From the NCBI GenBank assembly GCA_964597925.1, contig CAZQZT010000002.1, forward strand, positions 39,038 through 103,037: DNA of 64,000 nucleotides, in the 5' to 3' direction. Source of the stretch: an uncultured Candidatus Saccharibacteria bacterium. GTDB taxonomy: Bacteria > Patescibacteriota > Saccharimonadia > Saccharimonadales > JBBQAJ01. The notes under the pieces were generated by a model. It worked only from the letters and a program-made list of their open reading frames with translations, did not search any database and was not told where the DNA came from. A program made the position numbers and the translations under genes. Shown here in pieces: positions 18,991 through 27,073 of the stretch (the first letter of the stretch is position 1; the number at the start of each line of letters is the position of its first letter).

Positions 18991-19015
18991 TAACAAAACC
19001 GCCCCTTTTAGGGGC
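18991..19015 (-). terminator. Rho-independent terminator (minus strand) after ORF 19089..19571
   Basis: GCCCC-TTTTA-GGGGC hairpin (19001..15) followed on the minus strand by GGTTTTGTTAT. Confidence 0.6.
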
Positions 19016-19017
19016 AG

Positions 19018-19054
19018 TTATCCACAGTTTTTAAAATTTAGGACTTTATCCACA
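19018..19054 (+). promoter_or_regulatory. Two exact TTATCCACA 9-mers in direct repeat (19018..19026 and 19046..19054; 28-bp period)
   Basis: Both are exact matches in the same orientation as the copies at 8141 and 10068. They lie about 160-190 bp upstream of the mraZ start, between the stop of ORF 19089..19571 and its terminator. Confidence 0.4.
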
Positions 19055-19088
19055 ACATATGGTGTGTCGGCCGTTACTCTAGGCGCTA

Positions 19089-19571
19089 TTATTCCGAAAT
19101 TTTTGAGACAGTTTTTTCAGGCTGAGTAACCGTAATTTGCGCCTGCCTCGGATCTTTAGGAAAATCCGTTGATTGAGCATCCCTTGGAAGTGGGTCTACT
19201 GGCTCTGGTGGATTGAATACACGGTCATAGGGCAACTTTTCTTTTATTTCATTTCCAACGCCTATTGCTATAGCACTAGCAGCGGCAATAGCAGCAGCTT
19301 TGCGAATGCGACTCATAGTCTCTGGCTTTTTCCGTGTCAATGGTTTTTCTGTTTCAGGACCCAGCCCTGCCGCGTTAAGAGCATTATTCATTCCTTGCTC
19401 TGTAGCATTAAGTACTGCTCCTGGTTCAGGACCCTGCCCTGCCGCGTCAAGAGCATCATGCATTTCTTTCTCTAAAGTCCGGCGATCAGCTTCTGTATTA
19501 TAGGGGCTGTAGCCTAGGTCATTAGCTGCTTGACGGATTCTTGAGGGGGCTTGAGATGATTTATTTGTCAT
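19089..19571 (-). CDS. hypothetical protein with internal repeat and one hydrophobic segment
   Basis: 160 aa. Repeat ALDAAGQGPEPGAV / ALNAAGLGPETEKP is also visible at the DNA level, about 70 bp apart. Ala-rich TM-like segment AAAIAAASAIAIGVG. Confidence 0.5.
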   Translation of the reverse strand: MTNKSSQAPSRIRQAANDLGYSPYNTEADRRTLEKEMHDALDAAGQGPEPGAVLNATEQGMNNALNAAGLGPETEKPLTRKKPETMSRIRKAAAIAAASAIAIGVGNEIKEKLPYDRVFNPPEPVDPLPRDAQSTDFPKDPRQAQITVTQPEKTVSKISE

Positions 19572-19618
19572 AATGTGTACATTATAGCATAAGCTTCTTT
19601 TTGTGTCAACTATACCTG

Positions 19619-20890
19619 CTAACTATTTCGGATGTCTTTTACTCGTTTGGCAAACCATTTGGCACTGGGGCGTATGGTTCGTTTCATGTCGTTTTCCCTG
19701 TCTACTTCAACTAGCCCAAATTTAGGCCACCAGCCGTCTTGCCATTCAAAGTTGTCCAGCAGACTCCAGTGAAAGTAGCCACGCAAATCTACGCCTTCGC
19801 TTATAGCGCGTTCCATGGCCACGATAGTTTCTTCTATCCACCAGCGCCGATGCTGGTCATGCGCGTCCGCTAGACCGTTTTCGGTTATAAAAATTGGCTT
19901 TTTAAACCGAGACCAAGCCCTTAGCATGAGCGGATAGAGTCCTTCGGGCTCCATGTACCATCCCATGTCGTTTAGTGGTACAGATGGATTTTTGCGCTTT
20001 AACATGCCAGTATAGTAGTCGGAAAAATAATAATTTATCCCTACAAAGTCCTGATATTTTCTAATCCTTAGCAAAAACCACCAATTCCAAAAATACCTCA
20101 TCCATTTAGTAGACAGTTCATCAAAAAAACTATGCGGTCTTTTGGCTTGTATATTAGAAAGTTGTTGCGAAGTGCCTATTTGTAAGTTTGGCTTTTTTGC
20201 TTTGAGAATTTTATAAGCAGAACGATGCGCTTGCATCATATTCCAATACACCTTGGCATAAAGCCATAAGTTTTTTTGGTTTGGTGGATGCGTACCAATT
20301 AAATAGCCAAAACTGGCCTCTACGTTAGGTTCGTTTATGGTAATTACGTAGTTAAGGTCTTCCACGAATTCATTTGCAACCTTTTTCACAAAGCGATCAA
20401 AATATTTGAGATTTTCTTTTTTCTCAAATCCGCCTTTTTCGGTAAACCAAATTGGTGACGTCCAGTGCCATATGTTCATGAATGGCTCTATGTGACGAGC
20501 TCTTAGTTCGGCTATGTATTTACGGTAGTGAGCTATGGCAACTTCGTCCCACTTACCTTCTTCTGGTTCTAGCCGCGACCATTCTATGCCAAACCTAAAA
20601 GCATTTAGGTTTAGTTGTTCCAGCAAATCAAAGTCTTCTTTGTAGCGCCTGTAGTGTTCTACGCCGCGACCCGAAACATAATTGTCTGGTTCTTCTGCCT
20701 GGTCTTTAATATCGTGCCAGTTAGGCAGCCAGCTCAAGCGTAGATGAGCTGTTTGGGCTTGGTCTTTTGCATGAGCCAGCTCCCAAGCAGTCCACTGGTT
20801 TAGGGTCCCGCCCTCTACTTGGTGGCTTGCCGTACTAGCGCCCCAAAAAAAATGTTTGGGAAAAATCTGATCATTACTGTTTTCGTTCAT
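19619..20890 (-). CDS. Glycoside hydrolase family 1 beta-glucosidase/beta-galactosidase
   Basis: FFWGASTASHQVEGG; acid/base TINEPN and nucleophile ITENGLAD motifs; WSLLDNFEW. Confidence 0.88.
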   Translation of the reverse strand: MNENSNDQIFPKHFFWGASTASHQVEGGTLNQWTAWELAHAKDQAQTAHLRLSWLPNWHDIKDQAEEPDNYVSGRGVEHYRRYKEDFDLLEQLNLNAFRFGIEWSRLEPEEGKWDEVAIAHYRKYIAELRARHIEPFMNIWHWTSPIWFTEKGGFEKKENLKYFDRFVKKVANEFVEDLNYVITINEPNVEASFGYLIGTHPPNQKNLWLYAKVYWNMMQAHRSAYKILKAKKPNLQIGTSQQLSNIQAKRPHSFFDELSTKWMRYFWNWWFLLRIRKYQDFVGINYYFSDYYTGMLKRKNPSVPLNDMGWYMEPEGLYPLMLRAWSRFKKPIFITENGLADAHDQHRRWWIEETIVAMERAISEGVDLRGYFHWSLLDNFEWQDGWWPKFGLVEVDRENDMKRTIRPSAKWFAKRVKDIRNS

Positions 20891-21073
20891 GCTTAAGCTT
20901 GATTATACCCCATACGAAGATACTTAAGTCCATGGTCTTAGTTCAGACTCCGGTAGTTCCTGATGACGGAGTTGTTAAAGCCACCGATACAAAGAGGAGC
21001 AACTAAGTCCCGAATATGCGGTATGGTTTGTGACGAGCATGGTAGCGCTTCACTATGGAAGCATAAAGAACTG

Positions 21074-21099
21074 GAAGCGTCTGACGCTTCAGTTTTTTT
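21074..21099. terminator. Hairpin flanked by A-rich and T-rich runs (possible bidirectional terminator)
   Basis: GAAGCGT-CTG-ACGCTTC followed by AGTTTTTTT on the plus strand and by TTCTTTAT on the minus strand. It lies just past the stop of the distal paralog. Confidence 0.45.
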
Positions 21100-21106
21100 A
21101 ACCAAG

Positions 21107-21598
21107 CTACGGATAAACGTGGAAGTTCACCGTCGCGAGGATGGTGCCCTTACCAGTGCTGCTGACCGAGTACAGCCAAGCCGTGCAGTCAGCCTCCCCG
21201 CCAGTCCATGTAGACGAGGAAAGCGTCAGGATCTTATTCCACGGCCACGCGTAGGACTCGAAATAACCGGCATGCCCCGCGGCGACCAACGTGCCGTTCT
21301 GGTAGCACCCCAGGTCGAGGAAGGGCTGCGTCGTGGCGGTGGTCGCCACCTCGAATGTCACCCGCTGGCCGTAGTGAGCCAGCCCGTCGGTTGAGTCGAG
21401 CAGAACCAGACTCAACGACGAACCGGGGCTATTTGACTTGCCAGCGCCGCTATTTGGATTGCCCTTACCCTGAGGCTGAGCCGCCAAGCTTATAGCTACG
21501 GCAGAGGTTCCGATTACTGCAAATATTAGTGCGAAAATTAGGATACGATTGCGCGAGAACTTAACTTTTCTTTTTAATGGATGTGATTTTTTTGGCAT
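21107..21598 (-). CDS. Membrane-anchored/secreted small protein, paralog A (two-Cys beta-rich C-terminal domain)
   Basis: 163 aa. N-terminal basic stretch plus hydrophobic anchor (ILIFALIFAVIGTSAVAISLAA), a Gly/Ser/Pro linker, then LVLLDSTDGLAHYGQRVT...CYQNG...ADCTA...FHVYP. Confidence 0.7.
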   Translation of the reverse strand: MPKKSHPLKRKVKFSRNRILIFALIFAVIGTSAVAISLAAQPQGKGNPNSGAGKSNSPGSSLSLVLLDSTDGLAHYGQRVTFEVATTATTQPFLDLGCYQNGTLVAAGHAGYFESYAWPWNKILTLSSSTWTGGEADCTAWLYSVSSTGKGTILATVNFHVYP

Positions 21599-21733
21599 TT
21601 TTACCTTTTATTAATTATATGATTAAGTTTATGCTTAAGCAAATACGATGTCAATAATAAAGCACAAGTATCATCAGTGGCCAGCTGTGATATCCTGATT
21701 AGTATCTAACGCTTCAGTTTTTTTATACCCAAG

Positions 21734-22225
21734 CTATGGATAAACGTGGAAGTTCAACGTCGCGAGGGTGGTGGTCTTACCAGTGTTGCTGGCCGAGTAC
21801 AGCCGAGCCGTGCAGTCAGCCGCCCCGCCAGTCCACGTAAACGAGGAAAGCTCCATGACCTGGTTCCACGGCCACGGGTCCCACTCGAAGAAGCCGGCAT
21901 ACCCCGCGGCGACCAACGTGCCGTTCTGGTAACACAACAGGTCGAGGAAGGGCTCTGTCGTAGCGGTGGTCGCCACGGTGTATGTCACCCGCTGGCCGTA
22001 GTGAGCCAGCCCGTCGGTTGAGTCGAGCAGAACCAGACTCAACGACGAACCGGGGCTATTTGACTTGCCAGCGCCGCTATTTGGATTGCCCTTACCCTGA
22101 GGCTGAGCCGCCAAGCTTATAGCTACGGCAGAGGTTCCGATTACTGCAAATATTAGTGCGAAAATTAGGATACGATTGCGCGAGAACTTAACTTTTCTTT
22201 TTAATGGATGTGATTTTTTTGGCAT
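21734..22225 (-). CDS. Membrane-anchored/secreted small protein, paralog B
   Basis: 163 aa. The first ~80 aa are identical to paralog A. The C-terminal ~80 aa differ at about 20 positions while keeping both Cys residues and the domain ends. Confidence 0.7.
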   Translation of the reverse strand: MPKKSHPLKRKVKFSRNRILIFALIFAVIGTSAVAISLAAQPQGKGNPNSGAGKSNSPGSSLSLVLLDSTDGLAHYGQRVTYTVATTATTEPFLDLLCYQNGTLVAAGYAGFFEWDPWPWNQVMELSSFTWTGGAADCTARLYSASNTGKTTTLATLNFHVYP

Positions 22226-22421
22226 TTTTACCTTTTATTAATTATATGATTAAGTTTATGCTTAAGCAAATACGATGTCAATAATAAAGCACAAGTATCA
22301 TCAGTGGCCAGCGTAGACGCTGTGGCAGCAACTGAGACAACGGCGGCTATAGCTTTAATTGTTGGTTGCTAATTTGTTTTAATGGTCGACAAAATAGTGT
22401 AGAAAGTTTCAAGGATTTTGT

Positions 22422-23012
22422 TCATTTTTGTGGGCGCTTTTTGCGGTCATAGTAAGCCAATTCTTTGCGCGACTTATCCAAACGTTCTATATAACTTTCA
22501 TAACGATTGAACAGACCAGAATATTGAGCATTTGGAGCTAGTATTTTAAGTAGTTTCTTCTGTTCATCCAAATATTCAACTAGACTGTAGAAATCACCAT
22601 CACCAGACACTATTACTGCTTTGTCATAACGCGGCTGCTCTTTCATAACCCACAACACTAAGTCGGCATCCACATTGCCCTTTACTGGACGTTTTTCTTC
22701 CTCCTTAATGGGACTATCGATCGGTTTATCTTCTTTTGGTGCTACTTTCTCTTCTGGACGCGGGCGTGTCATATCATAAGTTGGCTTTAGAACTATCATA
22801 TAACCCGCTTCATGCAACTGCTGATACATGTTTTCAAACTCTGGCACATACCCTATAAACATAAATGCTTTAGTCACGCCATATTTATCTGACAGAAATT
22901 TGCGAAACTTAACCCAATCCATTTTCCAGCCGTATTTTTGAACGCCAACATTCAAGTTTTGACTATCAATAAACGCATAATTTGGTTTTGTGCCTGGACG
23001 TCTCATAGACAT
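22422..23012 (-). CDS. NYN (LabA-like, PIN-related) domain protein
   Basis: YAFIDSQNLNVG...FMFIGY...NVDADLVLWVM...VIVSGDGDFYSLVEYL is the NYN/LabA acidic-residue pattern. A Lys/Glu/Pro-rich insert lies mid-domain. Confidence 0.7.
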   Translation of the reverse strand: MSMRRPGTKPNYAFIDSQNLNVGVQKYGWKMDWVKFRKFLSDKYGVTKAFMFIGYVPEFENMYQQLHEAGYMIVLKPTYDMTRPRPEEKVAPKEDKPIDSPIKEEEKRPVKGNVDADLVLWVMKEQPRYDKAVIVSGDGDFYSLVEYLDEQKKLLKILAPNAQYSGLFNRYESYIERLDKSRKELAYYDRKKRPQK

Positions 23013-23021
23013 ATCATAACA

Positions 23022-23444
23022 CTACTTCATTTGCTGTTGCATGCGGGCTTTGTTGGCCCATTCGTCGGCTAGTTCGTTACCAGGATCATTGTTGTGACCG
23101 CGCACCCAAACCAGAACGGCTTGGGATTTTCTATATAGCGGGCAAACTTCCTGCACGATGTCTAGGTTTTTAATTGCACCGCTTTTTTTCTTCCAGCCGT
23201 TTGCTTCCCACGCAGCTGACCATTTGGTTATGACGTTTATCCAAAATTCACTGTCTGTAAATATTTCACACATCTGCCCTTCGGCATCTTTAAGAGCCGC
23301 TATTATCGCAAAACCTTCCATGCGAATGTTGGTAGATTCATTTTCCCCACCCAGAATCTGTGGCTTCATGTCGCGTATAACCGCAAAGCCGCCAGTCCCT
23401 GGGTTTGGTTCGCAGCTACCATCTGTATAGTAAACAATCATCAA
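23022..23444 (-). CDS. rnhA: Ribonuclease HI
   Basis: VYYTDGSCEPNPGTGGFA, TNIRMEGFAII, IFTDSEFWIN, WVRGHNNDPGNELADEWA (DEDD catalytic pattern). Confidence 0.88.
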   Translation of the reverse strand: MMIVYYTDGSCEPNPGTGGFAVIRDMKPQILGGENESTNIRMEGFAIIAALKDAEGQMCEIFTDSEFWINVITKWSAAWEANGWKKKSGAIKNLDIVQEVCPLYRKSQAVLVWVRGHNNDPGNELADEWANKARMQQQMK

Positions 23445-23555
23445 ACAATCATAACACTTACGTCATTCTATTTGTGATTATGTCTTAAATACAGTCTGTA
23501 TTTTTGCTATTTATAATTATTCTGTGATAAGATCCAGTTAATTAAGGAGATTCTC

Positions 23556-23906
23556 ATGGGTAATCAAGGATCAAATCACACTCCTAGCATAAAGATGGAT
23601 GGCTTGCCCCCACTGGATGATCAGGTTGAGCAGTGCTGGGAAGAGTTAGCACAAATGGTAGCCGCAGATGATCTAGAGATGTTGCTTACCCTAAGCGGAC
23701 TAGCAGGCACTATGCAAACATTTTCAGGAACAAAAGCTCCGCGTAACAGAGACCACTGTACACATCACTATGTTCCGGCTGCTAAGTCTAGCGGTAATCT
23801 TGCATTGCTTGGCAAACCAAAGCAAAATGAACCAATAGAGAATTTAGAGGTACTGCTAAACCCTCCACTTCCAGGCTTACCGCCTAATGTAATCGTTGGG
23901 AAATAG
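23556..23906 (+). CDS. hypothetical protein (116 aa)
   Basis: Strong AAGGAG SD 7 nt upstream and a TATAAT about 40 nt upstream. No recognisable domain. Confidence 0.45.
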   Translation: MGNQGSNHTPSIKMDGLPPLDDQVEQCWEELAQMVAADDLEMLLTLSGLAGTMQTFSGTKAPRNRDHCTHHYVPAAKSSGNLALLGKPKQNEPIENLEVLLNPPLPGLPPNVIVGK

Positions 23907-24080
23907 TTCTTTATTTGCTTTTTTTGAGGCTTTCTATTTCCTCAAGCAATTCGTATCTGGTGCGCAAATCACGCCGCGCACTCCTATCGTCTGCAGAAAC
24001 TTCTATGTTTTCTACTAATTTATTCATACTAAAGCCTAGTGGTTTTTTATTTTCAGTATCTTTGTGTACGCCCTTTCGGG

Positions 24081-25388
24081 TTAATCTCCAATTTTTAATG
24101 CATTCACTAATCCATTAATTACTATACGTTCTTGCTTTGTTGTGTCGCGGTTGCGGATGGTTACTGTGTTGTCTTTTAGGGTATCGAAGTCCACAACTAC
24201 ACAGTATGGAGTTCCTATTTCGTCTTGCCTGCGGTAGCGTTTGCCTATGTTTCCGTTGTCATCATACATGACGTTTCCAAACTCCTTCTTGAGCATATCA
24301 AAGACTTCCTTTGCTTTGGCTACTAGTTCTGGCTTGTTCTTTAGTAGCGGGCTTACGGCTACGCGCACAGGTGCTAAATGAGCTGGGAGTTTTAGATACG
24401 CGCGTGCCTCTCCGTTTACTTCGTCTTCTGTATAAGCAGAAGTCAAAACGGCCATTATTGCCCGCTCTACGCCAAAACTTGGCTCTATCACATGTGGCAC
24501 ATATGATTCAGCACCATCTTTTGGGCGATAATCCATGCTTTTACCAGAAGCGTTCTGAATGTTCATAAGATCAAAGTCTGTCCGGTACGCCAGTCCAAGT
24601 AACTCGTCTTTGCGATGCGGGAAGTCAAACACAAAGTCAATGGTGCGTTTGCTGTAGTGGGCGCGGTCTGCTTCTGGTACCTCAAGTTCATTAACCTTGT
24701 CTTCTGGTATGCCTAGGGCTTCCAAAAACTTGTATATGTTTTTTATCCAATTTTTAAATTCTGCTTCCCATTTATCTGCATGTACAAAATACTCTATTTC
24801 CATCATTTCAAACTCTCTAGAGCGGAATATAAAGTCACGGGGAGATATCTCGTTACGGAAAGCCTTTCCCTGCTGCGCTATACCAAATGGCACGTCAGGA
24901 TAGAACGCATCCAACACGTTTTTATAATTGGTAAATATACCCTGCGCCGTTTCTGGTCGTAGATAGCTAATGGAATGTTCATCATCCACTGGGCCAACCT
25001 GCGTCTTAAACATCATATTGAACTGGCGAGGTTCGCTAAATGTGCCTTCTTTGCCACAGTTGGGACACTTTTTAGCTTCTATATGGTCAGCCCGTAGTCG
25101 AGCTTTGCAATTATTACATTCTACTAATGGGTCGGTAAAAGTATCTACATGACCACTGGCCTGCCAGACTTTTTGATTCATTAGGATCGCGGCGTCTACA
25201 CCGTACATATCGTCTCGGTCTTCTACGAACATTTTCCACCACAGGTCCACAACGTTCTTTTTCAGCGCAACGCCTAATGGACCGTAGTCCCATGTACCGG
25301 CCAAACCACCATAGATTTCAGAACCTTGGAATATAAAACCTCTGCGCTTGCACAGAGAAACAATATCTTCCATTTTCACATCATTCAT
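24081..25388 (-). CDS. glyQS: Glycine--tRNA ligase (homodimeric GlyQS type)
   Basis: LCKRRGFIFQGSEIYGGLAGTWDYGPLG, class II motifs (FRNEISPR, GVERA), anticodon-binding C-terminus. Confidence 0.92.
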   Translation of the reverse strand: MNDVKMEDIVSLCKRRGFIFQGSEIYGGLAGTWDYGPLGVALKKNVVDLWWKMFVEDRDDMYGVDAAILMNQKVWQASGHVDTFTDPLVECNNCKARLRADHIEAKKCPNCGKEGTFSEPRQFNMMFKTQVGPVDDEHSISYLRPETAQGIFTNYKNVLDAFYPDVPFGIAQQGKAFRNEISPRDFIFRSREFEMMEIEYFVHADKWEAEFKNWIKNIYKFLEALGIPEDKVNELEVPEADRAHYSKRTIDFVFDFPHRKDELLGLAYRTDFDLMNIQNASGKSMDYRPKDGAESYVPHVIEPSFGVERAIMAVLTSAYTEDEVNGEARAYLKLPAHLAPVRVAVSPLLKNKPELVAKAKEVFDMLKKEFGNVMYDDNGNIGKRYRRQDEIGTPYCVVVDFDTLKDNTVTIRNRDTTKQERIVINGLVNALKIGD

Positions 25389-25602
25389 ATTAGTTACAGA
25401 TTATATCTGAAACCCATCTGAACGTACAGGGATGCTTCAGTCGACTTGGTCGATATTTGGCTTTACCAGCTCCAGACGTCTACCAATTTGAACTGTTAAA
25501 CGGTACATCGCATCAATGTGCTCTACTCGGCTGGTTGCGCAGCGATATCTTTGCATTGCCTGAGCATAATCGTGCTTTGAACCTATAATTTCTTGCGACT
25601 TT

Positions 25603-25935
25603 TTATGAAGTTTTTTCTAAGTTAGCATCGCTATAACCTAAGTAAGCACTGACTAGTTTTTCAAAACTAATTCGTAAAACATGAATTGCAAACAACTCCC
25701 TTTCTGCAACATACGTACCATATTCTTCTAGAGTTTCTGCGTCTAGTTTACGTACAGACGCGTCTGGCAAAACAGTGATCTGAATCGCAGTGTCCACTAA
25801 TGCAGGAGCACATACCTCTACGCTTGCATTATTTTGCTCCAAGCTAGCAATGGTGCTCGGCAATAAAGCCTCTACGCCAATTGTGGCCGCAACACCCGCA
25901 CCTAGCGCTACTACCGCCCTAACGATGTTATTCAT
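25603..25935 (-). CDS. hypothetical protein with N-terminal hydrophobic segment
   Basis: 110 aa. AVVALGAGVAATIGV anchor. No recognisable domain. Confidence 0.4.
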   Translation of the reverse strand: MNNIVRAVVALGAGVAATIGVEALLPSTIASLEQNNASVEVCAPALVDTAIQITVLPDASVRKLDAETLEEYGTYVAERELFAIHVLRISFEKLVSAYLGYSDANLEKTS

Positions 25936-25981
25936 ATCGTATGTATAGCAGTTTGAAGCAGTATTGTATATTGCCCGTAGA

Positions 25982-26677
25982 TTAAGTGCGTATATGGTTG
26001 GGGAGGATGGTTTGGATTAGTTGTAGAGTGGGTTTGATTAGTTTTTCTACATCCTTAACCTTTTGCAGTAAATCTGGTTTGTTGCCACTTAGTACTAGAC
26101 GCAGGAATTTGATATGGTCGGCACGGTATGGGCCCTCTGGGTGCGGGCTAAAGGCCATATCATCATATGAAAATATGTACGCGCCATCTTGACTTAGTGG
26201 TTTGCCAGACGCGTCTGTACGCAAACTAGGCGTGTGACCGGCAATTCTAAGAAGTTGGGCGCTAAACCATAGATTTATTAGGTCGATTTCTATGTTTGGG
26301 TTGTCTAGTGCTTCCAATGTATCTGATAGCAATTCAAAATATTCTGGCTCTGGTGCGTCTTCTGTGACTTTGTTTAACAGTTTTATGAGTTCGTAGCCCA
26401 GCATGGTTCGGTTGATATCTTGAACTATGGTGTCAAAATACTTGATCAACCGTGCTGAGGTTAGCGTGCACAGCTCTCCTCTACCTTTTATGTATCCAAT
26501 TTCTGCTATGCAAAAAAGTTCTATACCGCCTGCCATTTTGGATTTGCTTTTGCGCACGCCTTTTGCCAAAACTCGAACTTTGCCTTGATCTGGCGTTAGT
26601 AGAGTAAGTATCCGGTCTGCTTCTTGGTAATTTGTCCGCACCAGCACAATACTCCGCGTAATGGTCTGGTTTTTCAT
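25982..26677 (-). CDS. recO: DNA repair protein RecO
   Basis: OB-fold N-terminus (IVLVRTNYQEADRILTLLTPDQGKVRVLAKGVRKSKSK) and helical C-terminus. ATGA-type overlap with the upstream gene. Confidence 0.8.
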   Translation of the reverse strand: MKNQTITRSIVLVRTNYQEADRILTLLTPDQGKVRVLAKGVRKSKSKMAGGIELFCIAEIGYIKGRGELCTLTSARLIKYFDTIVQDINRTMLGYELIKLLNKVTEDAPEPEYFELLSDTLEALDNPNIEIDLINLWFSAQLLRIAGHTPSLRTDASGKPLSQDGAYIFSYDDMAFSPHPEGPYRADHIKFLRLVLSGNKPDLLQKVKDVEKLIKPTLQLIQTILPNHIRT

Positions 26678-27060
26678 TTCGGCAACAGCAAATTATTCAC
26701 TGCTTTAACCATTTGCGCTGTGCTTGTTCGAGGTTTGTATAAAACAACTTTTACTTTAAGCTGTTCTAAAGAAGCAGAAAATATTTTGTCCTGGGCTTTG
26801 GAGTTTATGGTGTGAACGATGACTGGTATGTCTTGCCATTCTGGATAGGAAGCAATTTCGTACAAAAACTCTATACCATTATGCATACCTAGCTGCATCT
26901 CTAGGATTATCAAGTCTGGAACAGTTTCATCAAGTGCATCCAGGGCTGTTTGGGCACTGCGCTTCCAAGCAACATTGTAACCAAACGCTTCTAGCGCGCT
27001 TTTGATAGTCTCACCCAAAATCTTATCTGATTCTACGACTAGTATATTCACTGGTTTCAA
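26674..27060 (-). CDS. Stand-alone receiver (CheY-like) domain with Glu at the phospho-acceptor position
   Basis: 128 aa. ILVVESD..., PDLIILEMQLGMHNG (canonical DxxxLD replaced by ...ILE), VIVHT and LYKP conserved positions are present. Confidence 0.7.
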   Translation of the reverse strand: MKPVNILVVESDKILGETIKSALEAFGYNVAWKRSAQTALDALDETVPDLIILEMQLGMHNGIEFLYEIASYPEWQDIPVIVHTINSKAQDKIFSASLEQLKVKVVLYKPRTSTAQMVKAVNNLLLPK

Positions 27061-27073
27061 GTGTATCAGAATT

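Larger units (their letters stand above)
21080..22312 (-). repeat. Tandem duplication (period 627 bp) of a gene plus its 5' flank
   Basis: 21355..21685 is identical by eye to 21982..22312 (5' coding half plus 87-bp upstream region). 21080..21354 versus 21705..21981 is clearly homologous but diverged. Confidence 0.9.

Noticed and set aside
20963-21394. 143-aa plus-strand ORF (and its twin at 21746..22021), antisense to the duplicated genes
   Set aside because: Both lie entirely antisense to the high-GC 3' halves of the paralogs. Stop-codon depletion in GC-rich DNA explains them. Their Arg/Gly/Pro-rich composition is typical of antisense artefacts.
21080-22312. Diversity-generating retroelement (template/variable repeat) explanation for the diverged paralog halves
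   Set aside because: No reverse transcriptase gene is nearby. Differences are not restricted to adenine positions. Both copies are full genes rather than a TR/VR pair.
25389-25602. T-box or other leader upstream of glyQS (also checked upstream of lysK 57338..57557 and serS)
   Set aside because: The best candidate word (AAATTGGTAGACG) matches the T-box core (GGGTGGTACCGCG) poorly. No specifier-loop or terminator-antiterminator pair was visible.
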